A DNA stretch of 64,000 bases from the NCBI GenBank assembly GCA_002633005.1, contig NMRA01000008.1:50196-114195 (forward strand), in the 5' to 3' direction. The stretch is from Phoronis australis. Its lineage: Eukaryota > Animalia > Phoronida. Every line of letters starts with the position of its first letter. Position 1 is the stretch's first letter. The notes beneath the pieces are model-generated. The model was not told the origin of the DNA and searched no databases. It saw only the letters and a list, made by a program, of their open reading frames with translations. A program made the translations under genes and the position numbers. This document shows positions 54,697 to 64,000 of this stretch, in pieces.

Positions 54697-55644
54697 TCAG
54701 TTGACAGACGGAACTTCTTGGTTGCTCTGCGCCCCGCTGCTTATTTTCTCTTCTGATGTAGTTTCTTGCGTAGCGGCCTCTACGTTTGGTTTTGATTCGC
54801 TTTGTTTCCCGTCATCCTGGCCAGATAGTGGTATTTTGTCGTTCGACGATGTTTCCTTGTTCGATTGAGTGTTACTCTGTGATTTTACTGCATCTGACCA
54901 CGATTCGTACTCAGGCTCTTTGATGTTGTCTACGTCTTCTAAATGAAGGTTCTTGCCTTCAACCACCAGTTGTTCTTCGTTGAAATTTTGATCCATCGGT
55001 TGTCCTGCAATGTCCGCTTCACTTTTTACTGGAGGTGTAACAATTGCGTTTTCACTCGTGTCACCCATTGGTTGCTGAATCTTTTCCTCAGTCTGAGCTT
55101 CGTTTTTCTCTGATTGATTGTGATGATCAGGTTCTTCCGCGGGTCTTTCCCCGCTAGACACGCCAACAAGCCCAAGTGGGCTACTTTTTTTCTCAGTCGC
55201 CATTTTCTTTTCATTTGATTGAACTGACTCCATCTCTGCTGGTGCGTGGCCCAGTGAAGTGGCCTTCTCTTTTATAAATTGTATCTCGTATTCATCGCCG
55301 TTTGGTAGAAGAATTGCATCAACAGAGTCGTCAGGTTTCTGAGACTTTATACTGTTTTTTTGTCTGTTTTTTCCTGTAAATCAATAATAGTTTAAACCTA
55401 CTATGTTGTCGTATTCTCTCAAAGGAGCGTATGGGTTTTTAGTTGATTCCTGCCTTTAACTTTTAAGGTTGTCTCCAATGGTGCATGGACAGGTGACAGA
55501 ACGAAGGTTTGTTGAAAAGATTAAAACAGGGTTGAACTTGGCAAATCCTAAAATTTACGTAGGTGTCGGGGGAGATAACATTTACACGTGTTTTAAAGTT
55601 CTTTACAATAACGACTTACGTGAGTCGGCTATGTATCCCCCCAT
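54697..55644 (-). CDS. Orphan acidic disordered protein, 2 exons (55644-55620, 55373-54697), 233 aa, MGGYIADSRKNRQK... possible N-myristoylation
   Basis: cagATGG start, C|gtaagt donor, tttacag| acceptor in matching phase 1; 677-nt open terminal exon rich in E/Q/S/K/D. Confidence 0.7.
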
Positions 55645-56430
55645 CTGAACCCGCGGCCAAAAGCAATACGCTGGCGTATAACCAGGGTAAGAAGGTTGAT
55701 CTGTCGTCCGACGAGCGTTCTCGTGTGAATTGTTTTCAGACGACAGGTCAAGTCCGATCTACCTTCTAGTCAGATGAAATGTGATTACTGTGTATTACAA
55801 AGGCTGCAGGTATTGGATGTGTCAAATTATAGCGTGAAATTTTGTCTATGTGAAACGTATTTACGAAAACATTTGGTAGTATTCTTCGTTGATCGGGTAT
55901 TGGGAGTTGGCGTCTTGGAACCCATTAAGCCAATTGTTGACTTTTTCAGACGAAATTTTTAACTAAGCGGTTTAAGTTTAAGGATATCTATATTTCAAGT
56001 TTTCCTCTATTGCGTAGTTGCCATGCAGGGGTTCGTTTCTCTTTTAATAGCCAAAATGTTTCATAAACAGCAGTTATGGGACACAAAAGCTTGTATCCGC
56101 CGCGGAGCTGGAGACGTTCCACCGTTTTGTCGAGGAGTGTAGATTTGAAATTGGGATGCCCATCTTTCAGCTCGGGAGACAACTGAAGTGTAGCCCAGAT
56201 GGAATATGAAAACCCTGTGTAGAGTTCCAAACCCAGCAGAAAGGGAACCTTCGGTTCATTGGGAATAAATTCGAAGTCACCCTCTCGTCGGAAATCTTGT
56301 AGTGAAAATCTTGCCATCTGACCGGTGTTTCTAGCATTCATTTGTATTTAAGAAACCTCCCCCGCCCGAGGTATCCGCTTGATAGAACGTTTCATTAACC
56401 GAAATATGCTCTAGAACTATGAAACGCAGT
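55640..56430 (-). ncRNA. Putative highly structured RNA block B, probably the 5' leader of the acidic-protein gene
   Basis: Nested helices 55640-48/55770-78, 55690-96/55761-67, 55701-10/55737-46; also 56079-86/56091-98, 56196-202/56314-20, 56388-95/56419-26; mismatches become G-U only on the minus strand. Confidence 0.5.
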
Positions 56431-56829
56431 TATGTATAGGAAACCAAATATAAAATTGTTCCTGGGCGTTAACTATGGTGAACTTTTAATAATTGTTTTG
56501 TTGTGTATCTAGATCTTGGATATGTTGCTTAGGAACACTATGCAGTTGAATTGTGACCTGCAACTTATAAGTCCTTCATTTTACTTTTATTTCCAATTTT
56601 GGCAAGTGTATACACATTTGTGTATATTAGGGTATCACTTATTGTACTGGAAGTTTAAAACTTATTTGAATATTTTTTGAAGCGGACTTATTATTTGCAA
56701 GTTTGTTTTTGTGTGCATGAAGTGGCGTTTCCGCGTATTTGGTGCGAGCTTTCAGTTGGAAATAACCACATAGCACTGAATTATTTACAATACAAATAAA
56801 ACTCAGCAATTCTGACAGAAGACCAGAAT

Positions 56830-56835
56830 TTTATT
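56830..56835 (-). terminator. Candidate poly(A) signal of the protamine-like gene
   Basis: AATAAA on the minus strand ~180 nt after the stop. Confidence 0.55.
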
Positions 56836-57014
56836 CCGACGTTACCTTAATATACACAAATGTAATATGTTTGCAAATCCTTTTTTAAATTTAGCTTGCT
56901 ATTTACGGACACTGTGAGCTTAGTGCGGAAAATTTATAAAGGTAACTGTCACGTTAAATCAAACGAGTGTTTGAGATTCGACAACCTAAGGGTATTCATG
57001 CTACTAAAAAATTG

Positions 57015-59581
57015 TTACTTCTTTGTTCGCAGTGCCATAGCCATGCAGATTTCACCGGGTGCACACTCTCCTATAGAATATAACATCTCATTCTTATTAC
57101 CTTTACCAAAGGTCACGCTACCGTCTTTGGTCGGAATGGCCCTCTCTGCCTTAGCTCCTGTTTGCCGTGCAGCCTTTCGAGCCCGTCCCTTGCGACCTTT
57201 GCGGCGGGTGCGTCGTGGCGTAGGCTTGGTACCTACAGGACTCCTGGCTGTCCTTCTGGACTTCCTTTTGCGCCTGGGCGAAGACGCAGAGCTTGCGCCT
57301 TTAGCGGTCGGGGTTGTCAATGGGCTGCGAGATCTTGCGGACCGTTTGGATTTTCTAGAACCCGAACGTTTTTTGGAACCTTTTCGGGTTTTGCTTTTTC
57401 TCTTTCGTGTTTTGGGGCTTTTTGTTGTGCTTACGTCTGACAATTGGACTTTGGCTCGTTTTTTGCTGCCCTTTCTACTCCTGTTTCGTTTCTTTGGACC
57501 TGCCTTTCTGGACTTCCTCTTGCGTCTAGGCGAAGATGTGGAGCTTGCACCTTCAGCCGCCTGGGTCTTCAATGGGCTGCGAGATCGCGCAGACCGTTTG
57601 GATATTTTAGAACTCGAACGTTTTTTGGAACCTTTTCGGGATTTGCTTCTTCTCTTCCGTCTTTGGGGGCTTTTTGGTGTGCTTTCTGCTGACGATTGGA
57701 CTTTGGCTCTTTTCTTGCTGCCCTTCCTACTCCTGCTTCGTTTCTTCGGACCAGACGAACTAGGAGTTGTCGACTTTCTACTCTTGCTTCTCTTTCCACT
57801 CTTACTACGGCGCTTTCTGCTTCTGCTCTTGCGCTTCGGTTTGTCTTCAGTCGCCGGTGGAGTTTTGCTGCGGCGCTTCTTACCCCTGCTCTTACTCTTC
57901 ACCTTGATGGCAACGCCAGAGCTCTTACTTGCCTTTCTGCGCTTACTTTTACCTTTACGTCCTTTTCGTCTTCTCTTGGGACTTGCACTGGACGAAGGGG
58001 CCCTCTTGCTCTTCGATCTGCTCTTCGCGGACTTCTTGCGTTTGCTCCTCTTCTTTGATGGTATGGCTGCTGGTGAAGCAGATGTTTCGGGAGGTGCTTT
58101 CGATCTTCCTGCACTTCGGCTACGGCTCTTCAGCTGAGAGCGACCTTTTTTAGGGAAATGACCGCGATTGTTTATTGGGCATTCAACGCAACACTTCGCC
58201 TCCTTCCCCTGGAAACAGAAACACCCACACCTGCGGAAAGACAGAGCTCGTGAACACTTGTACATGTAGATAAGATGTAATGCTTGTAATGTTGTTCATA
58301 TAAAAACTTTTAATTTATGCCACATACCTTCATTCGTCTCGCATTGTTCCTCAGTCAATTCGGATACGATTACTAGTCTTCCAATGAACTGAGAGTTCGT
58401 TATTGCGTGGGATTAGGCACTACACGTTGGCTTGTCACGGCGTGTTATTTTATGCGCCCAACGTAGTCTCAATAAATAACGAACTGTCAGTTCTTTGTAA
58501 CTCAGAAATCGCTTTTCACCTTAGTAAGGAACAAGCCATGACCAAGTTCATGGCGGTAAATTGTGTAACTCAAAAGTTTGCTTCTTGTACGAAACGCAAG
58601 TTTATAGCCGTTGTAACCTGTACGTTTCTATTTTTCTGAGCTCGGTCGTCATAAATTGTCTATCTGGATTCGCCAAAAAGCATTCCCTAAAGTTGTATTC
58701 TAAGGATTAGTCATCTTTGACTTTGTAATGTTTTAGTATCAACGTATAAGATAAATGTATTTAGCTTAGTGGATGAGTACGTTCTGGATTAATAGGCTCT
58801 AATTTAGTTTTGGTATTTTGTGTTGTATTTTTGCAAGAAAACATTCCTCCGATAATAGCTCTGAACTTGTCTCCATAATAGAAATTAATTACCTAAACGC
58901 CATTAAACCGTCACGGAAATCTTAAGATACAGAAAAGAACGTAAAAACTAAAATTACAACTAGGGGTCACAGCGGTAGTCGTATCCGTCTAAAAGTTGTG
59001 ATCATACGTTGTTACATTCTTGGGATAACATTTGCCAAAGTTCAGAAAGATCCTGCAAAGAGTTCAGGAGATACAGCCGCGGACGCAAAAAAAAACAAGT
59101 TAGCCACTAGGTGCATAGCACAGAATATATCACATCTATCCGAAAATGGCAACACCTAGTCCATGCGCGCTCCCAGGGGGAGGCTCAAAGTGGGCAAAAA
59201 GGTCGGCCTCAGAGAAACAAAAAGCCCGAGAAAATGAGACAAAAGTCCACTAAAAAGGCGAAGACGCACAGTTCACAGTCTTAAAGGTAGTACCTGGATT
59301 TTTTAGTCCTCCCGCTTTTTTGTCAGCAAAAGGTCCACATCGTCAGAAATTCGAGCCCCCCTCTATGTTAAAGGCTGGGTGCGCGCATGCTGTCCTGCCA
59401 CATCCACGTGCAGAAATCTATTCGCTACTTTTCAAGCCCGTGAATGAACTGCGAAGATACAGAGGAAAACACTAAAACCGAATGTTGAGTGCATGAACAA
59501 AATCGATACTCGCCTCCTACAACGGTACGGGTTGTAACCACTGTTGCTTGACTTGGCCTTGGATGGTGACCGGGACGCCAT
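57015..59581 (-). CDS. Protamine-like / sperm nuclear basic protein-like K/R/S-rich protein, 2 exons (59581-59514, 58230-57015), 427 aa
   Basis: aaaATGG start MASRSPSKAK; 1.2-kb open exon with RS/KS runs and SPKR/SPRR motifs; poly(A) signal downstream. The exon 1 junction has two possible forms (see findings). Function inferred from composition. Confidence 0.8.
57250..57752 (-). repeat. Internal tandem duplication of ~252 bp (84 aa) in the basic protein
   Basis: GPKKR.RSRKGSKKRAKVQ.S...SKRSARSRSPL...SSPRRKRKSR occurs twice. Confidence 0.9.
58355..58670 (+). ncRNA. Putative structured RNA block D, antisense within the intron of the basic-protein gene
   Basis: 11-bp perfect helix 58394-404/58475-85 with inner stems, 58501-08/58633-40, 58535-41/58548-54. 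Confidence 0.4.
59162..59389. mobile_element. MITE with CATGCGCGCACCCAG TIRs (copy 1)
   Basis: TIRs; internal GGGCAAAAAGGTC.GCCTCAG.GAAACAAAAAG shared with 60699-60953. Confidence 0.8.
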
Positions 59582-60698
59582 TTTGGTCGAACCGTGTGCC
59601 TGAAAAACAATCGATGTCACTTAATCGCATTTTATGAGAGAGCGTTTTCACCATCAGGTCATGTTCTATTTTAGGCGCCTTGTTTCATACATGTAACAAC
59701 AATAGCATTGGGTCAAGACATGTGGTAACTTTCGGTAACCTATTACGCGAAGCATGCCTCTGATGTGACTATCGTGATGGGAATATCACACTGTTCAAAA
59801 TTCTTTCTCAACACCTACAGTGGCCTTATGATTTGACTGGCTAAATCAAAGGGTTTCCAGTGAAAGAAATCTCTTCACATGATGAATCGGGAAGACAAAC
59901 TATATTCAAGATTTCAATGATTAAAGGTCCCTACGGGACTGAAAAATCGGTGTGCGACCTTCTTTTATTAACGCGAGCTGCATAGCTGTGATAGTGTACT
60001 GTTCAGTTTGTAGCACAGTTAGGACCTTAATAATGCGGATACTATTAGGCTTTATTTTTATTAAAAACTTCACCGAACGAATGGCAACTGCAAATCAGCC
60101 TTTTCGTTAAAATCAAATGAATAAGTGAAATTTAAAACAGAATTTTTATCTTAATTGTCGAGTTAATTTCAGCGGACTAAATGGCCGTCGACGGTGAATG
60201 GCGTCTAAACTTCACTTTTTGTAAAGTGTAATATTTTGATAATTAAAACTCCTTTGCAACACTAAACTTGGTACCAAAATGTACTAAATACAAATCTACA
60301 GCTTTGCATCGATGTGGGCAGTATCACCGCATGTTTCATGACAGTGACAGAGATTTGATCTTACAATTACCGGAAAGGGTTGAGCCAAGAAATCAGGAAA
60401 TAATTCATAAATATCTCTGTAACTAGCACTTATGGGTATATTTTCAGAGGCTTTGGCCTTTTGCACAAGCAAGATTTAACGTTTGTTTCAGAGATAGTCG
60501 GGTGTAGCGAAAACCAAATTTCTGACTTATGTCATAGTCACGTCTCATGAAACAAGTTTCAAGTCTCTTTCACTTGACATACATTTGCAGTTGAGACCAT
60601 TCTTTTGTGAAACAAAAACTTTGGATTTTGCGTTGCAGCACATTATAGTCATAGCGGTAAATCAGTATTGCCTGCCGTCTAAGCTGTAATTGCGAACC

Positions 60699-60953
60699 CA
60701 TGAGCGCACCCAGGGGGGCTCGGGGGCTCGAATGAGCCCCCCAATTTGGCGAATTGGGCAAAAAGGTCCGCCTCAGTGAAACAAAAAGTCCATAAAATCG
60801 CACGGGAAGTCAGTGCGGATGCACAATTCGTGGGCCTGAACCTAGTGGCCCCGTTTTTTGTTTTTTTTTTAGTCCTCGTTGATTTCTTTCACTAAAAGAT
60901 CCGCACACCGAAAAATTCGAGCCCGCTTATACTTTAGGCTGGGTGCGCGCATG
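60699..60953. mobile_element. MITE with CATGCGCGCACCCAG TIRs (copy 2)
   Basis: Same TIRs and internal segments as copy 1. Confidence 0.8.
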
Positions 60954-62709
60954 GAGCCAGTTATCCATGTATAACTGAACGTCAAAACCCAGTGAATGAC
61001 GTCGGTAAGCATGTGAGCATGTGGCAACTTTAAATAAATCTCGCTTTTTCAGTTGGCCACAACTATAATTGCAGTCTTCTCGCGACAAAACTTACATCAA
61101 AGTTTAGCACGTCCAACACTGTGTACTTGTTTGCAACTTAGTTACGTTCGTTTAAAGGAAACAGAATCTAATGAACGTCATTTTCTTGCACCACTTCCCC
61201 GCCTTCTATTTTAGTCTTACTAAGAAAATAACTGTAATAGCAATGCTCTCATTCCATTGGATGTCACGTTGCGCTTTTCGAGCAACGCTATTGACGTCAT
61301 GCTAACAAACGTTTTTCACGAAACGAAGCCCTGAAAGACGAAAGTCAGATGTCGATTTCAAAACTCGTGACACGCGCACGCGCCGTTTGCACAATTTCTG
61401 GTTTGGAAAACTGACAACTAATTTTTGTGCGATGATAACAACTTACATGTGTAGTCTCACTTGGTTAGGACCCAGAGTTAGTTTAAGGTAACGAAATAAA
61501 AAATATGTGGCTTGCAATTGAAACAAACAAAGCATTACAAGGCGCACGCGTTTAAAGTCTTTACGAATTCCTACAAAAATCTGTTCTGTTATTTTTATGA
61601 AAAAGAATACAGTTTAACACAGACAATGCATCATTGAATAATAGTTAACTGAGCTTTACCTGTTTAGATGGAAAAAAAGGAGGTACGTGGTCGGAACCAA
61701 GCCCCTAAACAAGTCTCGTCAAGCAGCTTCGCCCAAACAAGCAGCAACTAACAGACGCTCAGTTTTGTTACGTCACATTCGAAAGTGAGGTTTAACGATT
61801 GCTCAACCAATCAGAGTTTGAAAAAATTTTTGTCATCTGTAAGAACGATTATCGTCAATTTCCTATGAGCACCCACCGTGAACATTTTGTGGGAACTGAT
61901 CCAAAAAACCATCGCACGCACTCCGGGTTTTTGGTTCCATCCCGGTTATTATTTGTCACTTAACATCAAAGAAAGAGAAAAATGCGAACGATCAAAAGCG
62001 TTCATTTTTGAAGCAATGAAGCAGATTGTTAACGCAAGTTCCCGCGCTTTAGCTCATAGCCGAACACAGACGTAAAAATATTTTGGTACGAAATTAAAAA
62101 GCGCAACATCCCTGATAATAATGTTATGGCAGCATACATGTATATTCGAATACCGTTTCATCGGTCTAGTCTATTCAGACATTACATATGCAAAAGATGT
62201 ACATGTTTAGGGAAAATCAAAAAACGTGGCACCCGACCATGCACATATAGTTGACTTTTGGGGGAGTGTTGCTGATAAATCAAGTACAGCCATAAACACA
62301 CCTTTCACACTCGTTTATATGTTCGTAATGATGGGCGTAGTAGTAGGCGGGAGGGGGCCGAGAAAGCAGTTGCTCCCCATATCAAGTTAGACCACAACTT
62401 GTGGAAAATTCTGGCAAGAAATGGCAAAATGTCAGTATTTTCGCCTGGAGAATTTAAAAAGCAGTATCATTACTTTTACAATTGGTCATTAACAAAAAAT
62501 ATTTATGAGTTACAGCATGCAGTCTATGATCAAGACGTGAAAGTTTCGTGCAACAATCCGGCGCTGTGTATACTGAGATCACACAGTGTAACATAAGATT
62601 TTATTACATAAGATTTTATTTGCATTACCTGTAAATTTTGCCGATTTCAATGTCCCCTAAGTGTTGACATTCGAAAACCGGAAATGCCTACGAATTTTAG
62701 TACAAGTTT

Positions 62710-63950
62710 AACACTACGCTGACGTCGTAGTGACCCTGAAAAGCAATTCACGTTTATATGCCTCCCGTTTTTGGAAGAGGACTCCTGGACCCCAGGCGGG
62801 ATCCAATTCGGATATCATCCTCTTTTCAGGATGTTTCGTGACCCTTAGGCGTGTATGCCTTCTAGAGTTGTTGGAACATTCCTTTCTGACGAATGGGGAT
62901 TTACAGAAACTTTTGCTATTCAACATGCGGAGATCTCCAAAGGTGCGTACAATGAGTGGGTTATCGTGTAGTCAGGGCTATTGCGAGGTCTCTGTCAACC
63001 TGGTTTGCTACTTACTCGATTACTGGTGGGTCTGAACAGCTATTTTCAGTTCAACTTAACACATAAATGCACAGCTGGGATATGCATACGCTAGACCCCT
63101 TGTTGTCATCAGCCGCTCTGCATTGTATCCAATAGACTCTGAATGCAGTGCGTATTAGGCTACCACTCAAGACAAAATCGGGCGACTGCAACACTTTAGT
63201 GCGCCCGCTGACTGACGCAGGGTTTGTTCCCCATCCATATCAAACAGCAAACTCCTTTGCCAACGAACGTAGTAACGTGAATTCTCGAAGAATTAAACTC
63301 GTTGGTTACATGATGACGTGTGTGCAATTTTGTATTAACCGAATATAAAGCGGCGAAGAATGGTTTTTGAAAGATGGACAGAGTGAACAGAGTGGGGAGA
63401 TAATATCTGCGCTCCGCTCAAACAAAAAACGCAAAATGTACATAGACGCTGTTGTACTCTTCGTTATTTAATTTTAAACACCAGACCAGGCTTTTAGGGT
63501 CGACCCGCTCATCATCTCATCCAGCACCCTTCGTCGTTTCCGTCTGCTGAATCGGTGGAGGCAGTCGATCAAACTGCCGGTATAACTTTAATTATGGAAA
63601 TGACGAGATGCATCCAAATGCTTGATTTTTGAGTTACACCCACAGCAGTTAGGGGTGGCCCATAACGCTAAACCCTCGTGAGAGACCGCCCCGAGATGGA
63701 TGCTGGAGCAACTCGGGGCGGTCTGGGATCAAGCGGAAAAACCACAGGGTAAATCTGTGGTCGACGAATCTATTCGGTCGATTACATTTTATTGCCCGTG
63801 AAGCCGCTAAGGGCTGCCTGAAGAAATATGACTCGCGCGTTTGTATTTTCGCCTTTTTCAATAACATGTAAAAGATTCATCAACAAATTCCTCGTAAAAT
63901 TCTGAAAACAAGCGTTTTTCTCCCACGAAAATCGATGAAGTTTTGGCCGA
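62710..63950 (+). ncRNA. Putative highly structured RNA block C (unassigned; may run past the window end)
   Basis: 13-bp perfect stem 63683-95/63712-24, 13-bp stem 63531-43/63594-606, 9-bp stems 62735-43/62822-30 and 63220-28/63246-54, many 6-8 bp stems; G-U pairs on +. Confidence 0.55.
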
Positions 63951-64000
63951 GATATTTCACTTTCAGTCCAGGCTAGCCCTGCACACTCAGAGAATCGTCA

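Noticed and set aside
55988-56341. 117-aa ORF, and ORFs at 62714-63035 and 63649-63867, as DIRS/Ngaro RT relics
   Set aside because: Only faint motif resemblance, no RT or recombinase core; the dense base-pairing explains the regions better. A uORF role for 55988-56341 is not excluded.
56896-58137. 413-aa Leu/Phe/Arg-rich ORF on +
   Set aside because: Antisense shadow of the K/R/S-rich minus-strand exon; TTG start and no independent signals.
63480-63850. Group I/II intron, RNase P/MRP or plant-type telomerase template (CTAAACCCT)
   Set aside because: No domain V, P7 or CR-I/CR-V consensus found by eye; the 9-mer does not fit a metazoan TTAGGG repeat.

Overview
Eukaryotic (metazoan, probably marine invertebrate; taxon is inferred only), intron-rich, AT-rich window with one N-gap (38991-39366). 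Bases 0.9-31.9 kb hold most of a PP2A B56/B' regulatory subunit gene of the delta/gamma type (+; first exon lies upstream of the window). It carries three tandem paralogous copies of one internal exon, which look mutually exclusive. A convergent MEA1 orthologue (-) follows, reproducing the human PPP2R5D-MEA1 tail-to-tail pair, with a decayed CR1/L2-type LINE upstream of its first coding exon. At 41.6-52.5 kb is a 5-coding-exon MAVS-like gene (CARD, long disordered linker, C-terminal TM anchor, 617 aa) with a spliced uORF. At 54.7-59.6 kb are two minus-strand orphan genes: an acidic, possibly myristoylated disordered protein and a Lys/Arg/Ser protamine-like protein with a Cys-rich head. Several non-coding blocks between 53 and 64 kb show dense, strand-specific (G-U rich), multibranched base-pairing that I cannot assign to a known RNA family. 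Mobile elements include Penelope-like relics with hammerhead-type cores, a Kolobok relic with a dead THAP domain, Harbinger-like MITEs (one with its empty site next to it) and a Helentron-like element. All calls were made by eye; no searches or folding programs were run.
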